A stretch of DNA of 49,803 nt, filler included, from Jimgerdemannia flammicorona (Eukaryota), in NCBI GenBank assembly GCA_003990765.1. It is 2 parts of 2 records of this genome, joined end to end, with 100 filler letters (N's around TTAATTAATTAA, not from the genome) between each part and the next. Parts side by side here need not be neighbours in the genome. Positions count along the whole stretch, not along the records: positions 1 to 24,853 come from RBNJ01000912.1; positions 24,954 to 49,803 come from RBNJ01000913.1. One strand, given 5' to 3'. Both the position numbers and the translations under genes were made by a program. Below, piece after piece: positions 21,941-32,160 of the stretch. Numbering within the stretch: position 1 is the stretch's first letter; each line of letters starts with the position of its first letter. A model generated the notes under the pieces. It was not told the DNA's origin. It saw nothing but the letters and a program-made list of their open reading frames with translations, and ran no database searches.

Positions 21941-24040
21941 CTGGATACATTTGATACAACACCAACCTCTGCCACTACAGGAGAACCAGTCATCACTAGC
22001 ATTTGGACAGGAAGAGAAGTAATCACCTCAAGACTTGCCAATTACCCAGCATCAGAAGGATCTCAACCAGAAGTAGGAGGTAGTACAGCCCAAAATCCCC
22101 AACCAGATCAACCAGATCAAGCAGACAATACAGACAGCCCTGCTAGAGTTTTTGGAGAACTTGCACAAGAACTAGAAGACCTTATTACCCGGACCCAACA
22201 TCTTACAGCCAGAGACCCCACACCAATCTCACCAATAGAACCCCTACCACAACCCCTTACAGGACTAGAAGTAGCTCCTACAAGAATACCTAGGCCTATT
22301 CCACCTCACCCAAGGACCAGAACACCATCTTCAAGATACCCAAGCACCCCCGTCTCTAGTGACAGTTCAGAAAGTGAATCAGAATCAGAATCTGAACTTG
22401 AACCAGAATCAGAAGAAAGTGATGATGAAATGGCCACCTCATTGCCAACTTTCGCAGGATATCCGGAGGAGGACCCCAGAGAATTCCTTGATGGAATTGA
22501 AGGAATCGCAGCCTTGAGAAACCTCTCAGATGAAAGAAAAATCGCCATTTACAAAGCCCAGCTCAGAGAACCAGCTAGAGGAATTTTCCACCAAACAGCA
22601 AACAACCCAGATTTAGAACTGGCGAGACAGATACAAGTAGCATTTTCTGATGAGCTAGAATATGAGGCCATGGTCCACTGGCTCATCAAAAAGTATGCAG
22701 GAAATGAAACCCACCACAAGGCTCAGGAATCCATCATGGGAATGAAGATGAACCTTGGAGAATCACCCAGGGCCTTCTTCACAAGAACCCAGAAGAGAAT
22801 GTATTCTGCCGGGTTCAATGCCCCCAACCAAGACATCATAGGTCCAATGACCTTCATGAATGGAATTCCTCCAAACATTGCCCAGCATGTCCGCACCCTA
22901 GGCATCAGAAGGTCTGAAGAGCAAGTAGATGCAGCCCAAGGATTCTTTGATATCAGGCAAGAAACTACCTGGAGTGACCATGACAAGAAAGAAGATAAAG
23001 AAGATATTCTGGTCAAAGCCCTGCAAGGACTCCTTCAAGGACAAGAAAGGTCTGAAGAAAGAAGGCCAGCCAAGGAAGGAAAGAAGGACAGAAGTGAAAT
23101 TCAAGACCTCAGCTCTAAGTTAGACTGATTGGTTGGACAGATTGAAAAACTCACCACACGCAAAAATCGAGACTACCAAAACAACAGAGGGTACCCACCA
23201 CAGAGGAGCCAAGGTTATCCACCAAGAGATAACAGAAATTACCAGCAAGAAGAAAGAAGGTACCCTGTCTGGGATAGAGCCCAAGTCCAATGCTTCTACT
23301 GTAGACAATTCAGACACTATGCCACTGAATGTGACAACAAAAGAAGTGACCGAAGGGACTCAGAACTACCAAACCGAAGGAATGATACTCAGTACAAGAA
23401 GACTGAAGCCCATCCTGTTGAAGATTTCGAGGAAGCAAGCAACAGTGAAGACTACAGTGACCTAGACTTGTATCCTACTAAGGTTACTATCTGAAAGACA
23501 GTCTACCTAGCAGAAAAAAGAAAGAGACCTGTGGGAAGACCATCCAGGAACATCAGCAGGAGAATCATTCAAGAAGAAGATGAAGAACATGAGGAGGAAC
23601 AAGTTGAAACACCTCCCCAAACCCCCTTACCTTTTGTGCCTGAGACAAATGAACTGCCACCAGAAGATGAAGAAATGGAATAAGAAGAACGAGAACCTGC
23701 TGCCCCAAGGCCTAAGAAAAAGTATACTTCAAAGACCATGCCTAGAGACATTTACAATGAAGTCTAGCAGAAGATCCAAGAAGCCAAGATGGAAGTTCCT
23801 CTTCTGCAGTTCTTGCAATTGATACCAGCTAGAGTTCGAAACAAATTTCTGAGAACCACAAGGTCTAGCACTGGCTGAGTTCCAATCCCACAGTAAGAAC
23901 CAGCTCCTACCTCTGTTCAAGCAGCTGAAAGATATGTCAGCACCTACTTACATGGAGACATTGGAGGACAAAAAGCCAAAATCCTCATAGATATAGGAGC
24001 AGCTGTCTGTGTCATTGCCAAACAGTTCTTGGACACCCTC
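21941..24040 (+). pseudogene. gag: Gag-protease of element C in a single frame with a few premature stops
   Basis: ORFs 22430-23128 and 23129-23494 share a frame that continues to KILIDIGAAVCV at ~23980-24013. Confidence 0.9.
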
Positions 24041-24853
24041 TGTTGTGGAATACTTGGAATGGAGGGAGAAAGCAAACTCTTTATTGCTAATTCTTATGCA
24101 CTTTTATGTATTGCAATTAGTGACGTTTACATGATGACGTAGTCAAGGAAAGCTGCACCACCATATATCGAGTTGTAACCTACATATTTCAATACTCTCG
24201 CTCAACAAGATATGCAAATTCCCAAACTGCAATACTAAGCTATAACCACTGCAAATCTCACTGCAATATTCAGACCACTATCTAGAAACCGAAAAACACC
24301 TGAATTGCCTGCTTAAAGCTTGAAAAATAGGTTGAAAAGTAAAAATGTGAATATTCATAGATGAGCAATGTTGGTAGAAATCACCAATGCAGGAATCAAT
24401 GTTAAAGAAGCTTGCTGTCACTCTATTATCCTATCTTATCCCGAATTGTCCTTAATTACCAGCATAGAGTCCCATAATACCCATTCCTTGCACGCTGTAA
24501 CGGTGACCCCAGAATGATGACATCAGCACAGGAAACAGCCTTTCTTTACAAGCCACCAGATCAGAGTACAAGAAGATCATACAGCATGCAAGATGAGCAA
24601 TGATGACCAACTGTGAGTCATCGTGACCACAGCACAAGCATCCTGAAGAATATAAAAGAAGGATCAAGGAACCGCAGTAGCAGCAACCAACAAGAACCCC
24701 AATCCCAAAATAGCTCAAAGACTTACCACAAACAAAATGCCTGCTGCCCACCAAACCTCAAGGTCAAGGAATCATCAAGGTATCTCGGTCGAGGAAAGGA
24801 TGTTTCAAGACATCAGAAGAGCCATGATGACCCGCTCAAGAAGGACTCCTAGC
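24041..24853 (-). mobile_element. 3' end of a short-LTR, probably Ty1/copia-like or non-autonomous LTR element inserted in the protease of C
   Basis: 154-bp LTR 24041-24194 reading TATTGA...CAACA on the - strand, with AATAAA, preceded by the PPT-like TTGAGCGAGAG (24205-24195). C breaks exactly at ...ACCCTC. No pol motif in the visible interior. Confidence 0.7.
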
Positions 24854-24953
24854 NNNNNNNNNNNNNNNNNNNNNNNNNNNNNNNNNNNNNNNNNNNNTTA
24901 ATTAATTAANNNNNNNNNNNNNNNNNNNNNNNNNNNNNNNNNNNNNNNNNNNN
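24854..24953. other. Artificial contig linker
   Basis: 44 N + TTAATTAATTAA (stops in all six frames) + 44 N = 100 bp. Confidence 0.97.
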
Positions 24954-25580
24954 TTTTTTTTTTTTTTTTTTTTTTTTTTAATGAAATCAAGTCTCTATGG
25001 ATTTTTATTGGAAGGAAACCTAGACTATATAGGCCAAAACCCTTCCTTACTCTCTCTCCAGGCACTACTCCCCAATTGTTCTTAAACTATAGAGAGCACT
25101 AGCAGTCTCACTCTTCTAGCTATATAAGGGCAGTATTGTATGTATACCCTTATTTCAATAATATATAGACAAGACTTATCTATTGATCAGAACTAGATCA
25201 TTAGTCCAAGACTATGAGAGTATACCTATATATCAGATCTAGTAATACTGAAACTGAATAATATACACAAATAGAAGCCAGAGACAAAAGAAAAACCCTC
25301 TAACTAACAAATAAAAAGTAGAATAGATTTATAGCAGGTGAGTAAAGAACTTATATATGAGACTCCCTCAAAAGGACTGATATATGAGCTAAGGTCTAAA
25401 AAGACCTCACTTCTACTCTATAAGTCTGCAGATCTTGATTATATTATTATATTAACTCCTAGTTCTAGTTGGGTACTACCAAATGAGAAAGGTCCTACTC
25501 CCTAAGCCTGTGGGCCTTAATCACATTACTGTATCAGCTCCTAGTTTCAGTTATATATAGTCAGAATGCTGGCCACTGCT

Positions 25581-25614
<34 letters not shown>

Positions 25615-28258
25615 GTCACAAGAACTTCCACTTTATTACCAAACTGTCTATGTTATACTAATACAAATAAACTCTATACTCAATTCCACAGGAAAGCTCC
25701 TTCTTCCACTCACTGTTCTCCTGAAATACTATCATCCTCCCTATTATCCCAATTCTCTCCCCACTCTTCCTACAGATTATCTCTACTAGTTATCTCTAAT
25801 ACCCTCTATCAGTACTCCACTCCCTCCACCACTCATTCAACAAATCCATCATCAGCCACTCTTATCTAACAATCCTCACTCACAGAATCAACCATTGACC
25901 TTCCTCAAATATATATAGCCAATGTCTGGCAAGTCTGATCCAAATAGCCAGCACCCATCTCAATATTAGCCACTCATCCTCCAACCCCCCCACTAGCCTC
26001 CTCCAGAGGTTACCCCACCTCTCTTCCACCATCTGCTCTGGTGGGTACAACTCCAGCTATATCTCAATTGTTCTCCAAAAGTTACTCATCACCTTACACT
26101 CTCCTAGCTAATGTTCAGGAGTCTGTACCACTCCCCTCTCTTGTCTGATATTCAGACACTCCTTATACTCCTGAGTACCTCCTTCTACCAAGTGATCTGA
26201 CTGGTAGTTTAATATTATATTATGCTATAAAAGTCTCTACCATACTATTCAGAACTTGGGAGGAATCTATCTCACCACCTGCTTGCCCCATAATCAAATA
26301 CTATACCAATCTCACTCTTCTCCAATCTCTACCCCCTGCTATGTCTCAGATTACAGATATCTCCCATACTCCTGAAGACACTCCATGTTATCCTCTAAGC
26401 AGAAGTTTTCCACCAGTACTCTACCCAATAGAAGGCAGTCCCACCTCCACATCTGGGGTCCCCAGTCTTTCTCCCCCTCATCACTCTACTATTAGAGACC
26501 AATATGGTGAACCCCATCAATCACTCCTCACCAGAATTCTCTAAAGTATATTCTCTGACTCTTATCCAAGGCCACCAGAGATAGTAGGTATCTAGTCATA
26601 TCTCAGGGGGAGAACCAGGCCTCCCACACCCTCTATATGAGGGGAATCCACTCTATCCCTCAACTCACTAGCTCACTTCAGCCACCATACCTACAAGCAA
26701 TGAAGATACTTGGAAAAATCTACCAGACCCAAGCCTCTCTGGTCCACTGATAAGGTCAACACCTTCTAGCCAATCTGACTCCATCACCCTGCCTATATCT
26801 AGATACTGGCTATCCTCAATAATCTCTTGACCATCTATATCAGAAAGTCCAAGTAGTATCTCAGATACCACAGCTTAGGCAATCAGTATATATTCAGCAC
26901 TATCACCCTCTCTGCCAGAGATATATAATGACTACCTCACTCTAAGAGAGTACTCTCTCACTCTACCAAATACTGCTTCCACTATCTGTAATATAACAAG
27001 GAGCCATATACTGAAAAGTAGATCTCCAGATAGCAAACAGTCTCTTCTGTAGGAATTATTGTTCCAATAATGTCCCCACCTACTATCCTCTCTCTCAACA
27101 TCAAAGTCTCACACTTATACTAGTTGAGCTTAGTATCTGAGTACTCCTTATACTACTCTATTACACCTTTTAGCTCTACCACATCCTCTGCCAACCCCAA
27201 CCTAATCACTATATTATCTGTAAAGGCCCCGATCTTCCAATTAACCCCCAGAATGTCCAACCCCCTCACCTTATGCCAAATCCTATCCAAAAGAGGCTCT
27301 AGGGACAGCATATATAGTATCAGTGACAGTAGATCTCTCTGCAACACTCTCTTGCTCAGAGAGAACAAAACCCCCCTATACTCATTCACTATAATTACTG
27401 TCTGACTCCCTTCCAGCAGATAGACCAAGGCCTATCAGACCCCAGAGAGGACTCCTATATACTTTAGCACCCCTCCCAATCACACTCACTAGACTCTGTT
27501 ATAGGCCATCTCCTGATTCAAAAAAACCAACTATCTATCTACCCCAGTAGTACAAGCTCCTTTAATGATACTATGTACCCAGGCTGTCCTGTCTCTAATT
27601 AGACATCTCCCTACAAATCCTCTCTGCTCAGCCCCCAGTACCTGCTGAGTCACTCTTTGTAGCTACTGCTCCTCTCTATCTCTAGCCAGTCAATCAAAAG
27701 ACCCTACTGAGATAATACCCACTTTAACCCTGATGACTGCTCCCAGTCTAGCATCTGACTAGTTTACTGTTATCACTCTTTCTCTTATCTGTGATAGCCA
27801 TTTCTTCTCTCAATCTAATTCTATCTAAAAAACAATCACCTATATTAGAACTACACTTACTGAGAAGCTTACTAAAGCTCAGAGAGTTTCACTATAGATA
27901 CTGATAATTTATAGATAATCTATACTGACACTTGATGCCCAAGGTTGGCTGACTCTCTATACAGTCTATGATATTCTACAATGATACTTTATTGATAATA
28001 ACAAAAGGAAGAAGACACTGCACCAAAATGAGTATATTTCAGATATAGTCAGAAGTACTAGAAATGATGAAAAAATAGAGAAGACACTGATCCAATACTG
28101 ATAAAGAGATACCTTGTCACTATTGCCTCTCTTCCACTCTACCCTTATATGTAGGTATAGCAAACTAACTCAAAGTAGAGGAAATAAAAGTAGAGAAAAG
28201 GAAACTTGGAAGATTGCCTACCAAAATCTTATGACTAATATAGTAGCAAGAAAGAGAT
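24954..28258 (-). mobile_element. Non-autonomous poly(A) retroposon (SINE-like), copy 1, split by a LINE insertion
   Basis: 24954-25583 matches the 3' half, and 27661-~28250 the 5' half, of 37279-38445 in reverse complement. Has AATAAA and a poly(A) tail. Confidence 0.85.
25584..27660 (-). mobile_element. 5'-truncated L1/Tx1-type LINE (ORF2 RT and C-terminal zinc-finger remnant)
   Basis: EQRGFVGR, LNQEMAYNRV, VLQRDLLSLILY (QGDPLSP), AFTDNI (FADD), QTPEH..GEC; poly(A) tail; degenerate 13-bp TSD GGCCACTGCTTCT (25571-25583) and AGCTACTGCTCCT (27661-27673). Confidence 0.9.
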
Positions 28259-28690
28259 ACTAAAGATCTAATCTTCTTAAAACTAATCACAACTCTCTCT
28301 AACCTCTGCAGAAACTTTACTAAGACTGTTCTAGCTATTTGGCTTATAATGAGCCTCAGAAATATCTTGACCATCACTATAAGTCTTAGAAATATAGAGT
28401 TATAATAAATTCTGAAATTAATTTCTTGAGTAATGAGACCACCACCAGATTAGTTATATTGTTCATCAGGTTTCTTATTCTTTCACTCTCTTTCTGTTCA
28501 GCTCAACCATCAGTAGTCTCATCTGAAATTTTTTCCAGATTCACTATTATATCCCTGCCCCCAGCCACAGCCCTGTCAGCCTCTATTATCTGCCCTATCT
28601 GGTACCAATCCTCCAGCCCTCTCTAGACTTACCTCTCTCTTATTTTATCATTTTAATCTTCTTGACTTTTCAGAGTTCTTAGTAAGATAT
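28259..28690 (-). mobile_element. LINE ORF1 N-terminal remnant
   Basis: 28260-28460 aligns by eye with 47670-47870 (e.g. ATTAATTTCTTGAGTAATG vs ATTGACTTCTTGAGTAATG). Confidence 0.65.
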
Positions 28691-28699
28691 AGAGAAATT

Positions 28700-29484
28700 T
28701 TTAAAATATATCTACTTATAAACTTACTAGTTTTTTTACTTAAAATTATTTTCATCTTATATTTGTTTATTTTGGATAATTGAATTATTTATATAGATTT
28801 TCTAAATATATAATAACTAAGTTATGATTTTCTTTTTTCTATAAGTTATTTTACAGTTATGAGATTTTTTAAAATTGCTTATTTTTTAAATATTATATAG
28901 ATCAGATTACTACTATATATACTATACTATATTTTTAGATATTATAATCAAATATCAATCTTTCCATTCTTACTCTCAATTTAGATTAATTATTATAAAA
29001 TATTTAATTGTTAAATTAATAAATATAATATTAGTAATATATAAAATAATATAAAATTACAATTTAAACTAAATGAAATAATTAACAATAATAATAATAA
29101 AATTACTAATACTTATAATAAAATAAATTAAATTAAATTTTACTCTAATTTTAACTTTCAAATTAAATCTAGTTCTGATTCAATTTGAGATTCAATATAA
29201 ACTTAGATTTTTTAAAATACAATAATATAATAAAAATATTTTTAAATTTTGTTAAATTTTAGATATTTAGATTTATATATCTTATTTAATCAAATCAGAT
29301 ATTACAAGAATTATAAAATTTGGACAGTTTTTCATAAATTTATTTTATTTTAAAACTTAACTTTCAATTTTAAATTAAATTGGTCTGAAATTTAATTTAA
29401 ATAAAATTCAAATTAAAAAAAAAACTCATTAATTTAATTAATTATAATCAACTCTAATTTAATTCAATTTATTTGGGAGTACTG
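28700..29484. mobile_element. Extremely AT-rich relic, probably a related hAT-like non-autonomous element
   Basis: Right end TTGGGAGTACTG resembles the TIR end (T)AGGAGCACT(A/G) of 14680-20367, preceded by ATTCAA-type subterminal repeats. Left end not identified. Confidence 0.4.
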
Positions 29485-29589
29485 CAAAATACTATCATTA
29501 ATTAGACTCACTAATTTAAATATGAATAAGATCTTAGATGAGAAAATTTCTTATAAGTTCAAATATTTCAAGACATATAAGATGAATAC

Positions 29590-32160
29590 CTGCCCAGTGT
29601 TTCTGGAACCCCTCCTTTGTTATTTACCCTGTGGCTCTTCACTTGGCTTGAGCATTCCGTCTTGTTTGTAGTACCCTCTTCCCGAAAGTCAACGATACCC
29701 CTTCAACTTCATTGTCTCTGTTTTCCTCATGTGAAATTCGAAATATCTGGTACCAGCTTGTAAAGCAGTTCACATATCATGCCGAACACCCGCGTCGCTA
29801 AGCAAGCTATATCGCAGCTATAGCCATCCAAACCTACAGGTTAATTGAGAGTCTAGATCGGCTGTGCTGTCGACACACTATCTCGGCTTAACAACGTGTC
29901 CACCAATTTAGGCGACCTAACAATGCGTCTTTTGGTTCCAGGTGCCATTCCTCCAACGACGTAACTTACACATTGCCCGTGTGAGCTAAGAAACCTCAGC
30001 CCATGTATAAAGGCCCTATTCGGATTATTTTCGTAGGAACAGTATGAGAAAACCTCCTTGTCTAAATGATTCCTTCTGGTGGTAATAGGGTCGATTCACC
30101 TGAAAGATAAGTAACCAGGATTTATTTAAATCTCGCGATGAAAAGCGCAGATGGTCATAATTTAGAATGGTCAAAAAAAAATACAATTATTAAAATCACT
30201 GCTTGGAGAGACAAGTTAGCAATATATACATATAATGAATAATAACTCTAATAACACCTCGATCTCCCCACAGCTTAATCATCACAACATCTTGCACCAC
30301 CACCTCCCATTCCGCAATGTCCTCTTCATCATCCATCAACCATCTCCATTCTCCGTCAGCATCTGCGCCCTCCTCCTAAATCTTAAAATGAGGAAAGAGG
30401 TCGCGGCTGCAAAGAGGTCATGGCAGCGGAGAGGACGCCACGAATAGGTCGCGGTAGTGGATAGATCGCTTCGGAGATGCGACAGCGGAGTGGTTGTAGC
30501 GGAGGTGGAGGGGAGGTCACAGCAGAGGTGGCAGCAGAGGAAGGTCACAGCGGAGAGTTCACAGTGGAGTAGCCGCAGAGAGGTCATGGAAGAGAGATAG
30601 ATATCTTAGCAGATAGCAAAGAGATGAATTTGGGATGGGCCCTGTATTCTATTCCAAATTACGAAAAAAAAAAAAAAAAAAAAATTATGTTTACTTACTG
30701 AAATATTTGGAGAAGGGAATCGTAGGGTGGGATTGCACCCCTGGGTTCACTCCCCTTTCCCACCCACAAGGAGGGGAAAACGTCAGAGACTCAACATCGA
30801 AAGTAAAAAGCCTCCGGCGTCGCCCGCCAGTCCCGATAGATATCCGCGAGTGACTTGCCGTTTTTCAGGCCCTCTCCCAAAGCTCGAATTAGGGCGCCCG
30901 TTCAACACATTGGGTGGCTCCGTGCCTAACGCGCCCATGCCTACTCACGCTTCCCATGGCCACTATCGGCAGGAGAACTCCGTGTCGCCACTCCCTGCTT
31001 TCCGCGCAAACCGATTTCGCTGTTGAAATCTGGCAAGCATATCAATTTCCTTATTTTAAACTAAGGTGTATGGCATCCGATTGATGTATAGCAATATGAA
31101 TTTTCGTCGGACAGAGCACCATCTCCTGGGGGTATCGGTTATTGTGGTGATATGTTTTGAGTATGTGAGTTATTCCAGTAATGCCGGTGACGCCGAGGTA
31201 TGACAGTAGGAATCGTGAGGTCAGAGGGGTCAGTTGTTGCGGTCATTTCGGTTATACATGATGATCTTCCTCCCAGTCCTTGGGTTCCGTGATGATAACT
31301 AGCTCGAACGGAACGCTGCCGCCGAGGCAGAACAAAGCGCCGCCACTGTCTAGATCCCTCCTGGGCGGCGAGAGATTGTAGATTGATTGAAGTGAGATTT
31401 GGAGATGTCGAGAACATGTGATAGAAAAAAACGGAAATTTCAACCTAGTTGTCGGCTTTCTCCTGTTCTTCGTCTCGTCCTTCCTCACGTCCTCATCCAC
31501 CAAATCGTTCTTTAGTCACCTTACTACCAGTTCGATTTTATCTTGTGTGCTTCTTTCGTAAGCGGCATGGCATCGGATTCAGAAATTTGTTCTATACCCC
31601 TCGAAAACCAACGGCCGGCCTCCTCCACATATGCTCAAGTCTCCGGAGTCATGTCAACGACAATCCGGGCCGCAGAGGCGCACACGGTATATAGAGGGTC
31701 GGTATGTCAAGGGTTGGTATTGGGACGTCGGGTATATAGACGGCGGGATTTTTTTCAGCTGATTTTGGCACGGGTATTAGTGTTGCTGGTGGGTGCTGCT
31801 GTTACGATGAAGGACAATGTTGGATGGGAGAGAGATTACCGATGGTGGCCAGGTTGGGAGAGACAGAGAGGTTGCGACGATGACGGCCCATGAAGACAAC
31901 GGCGGTCAATGTTAAGAGAGAAAGAGATAGTTTGTGGGCTTCGCAAAAGAGAGCTGAGAGAGTACGTGTGTGTGGCAAAAATGAGCTGAGGCGAGAGATT
32001 CGAAAAAGAGTGACGTAACGATTGAAACATCTGACCAGCTTCTGCTCCTGCTACTTTTTTTTTTAATTCTCAACCCCACTCGGGACATCCTGTTTCACCA
32101 TGCTCCATGCGCACACACTTTATTATATTATCTGCTTTCTGTACTATAATTTTCGATACT
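29590..32160. other. CpG-preserved, non-repetitive island with no convincing ORF (possible ncRNA locus, pseudogene or regulatory DNA)
   Basis: Balanced GC and frequent CpG, against CpG-free AT-rich flanks. No ORF has a recognisable domain. Splice-like signals on the - strand. Confidence 0.6.
30395..30590 (+). repeat. Degenerate short repeats of GAGGTCRCRGCRG(AG)
   Basis: gaggtcgcggctg, gaggtcatggcagcggag, aggtcgcggtag, gaggtcacagcagag, aggtcacagcggag, agttcacagtggag, gaggtcatgg. Confidence 0.6.

Larger units (their letters stand above)
20408..24040 (+). mobile_element. Family B relative (element C): 5' LTR, PBS, gag and start of protease, cut by a later insertion
   Basis: LTR TGTAACAG...CATTACA (20408-21871), PBS 21874-21891, Gag homologous to B with an intact CFYCRQFRHYATEC knuckle. 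Preceded by ATAC. Confidence 0.93.

Noticed and set aside
24898..24909. Palindromic TTAATTAATTAA as a biological site
   Set aside because: It is centred in an N spacer and is an assembly linker.
29730..29840. Kinase-like fragment (VFGMICELL) on the - strand
   Set aside because: Too short, and no other kinase motifs lie in neighbouring frames.
30713..30782. HDV-like ribozyme
   Set aside because: The nested stems are present, but there is no P1.1, P4 or canonical L3 and J4/2.
30235..32030. Short ORFs in the CpG island as protein genes
   Set aside because: They overlap on both strands, carry no domains and show no consistent exon phase.
29590..32160. Telomerase RNA, RNase P/MRP or SRP RNA assignment
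   Set aside because: No 1.5-repeat TAACCCTAA-type template on either strand, no RNase P/MRP P4 consensus and no SRP helix-8 motif recognised; kept only as an unnamed candidate.
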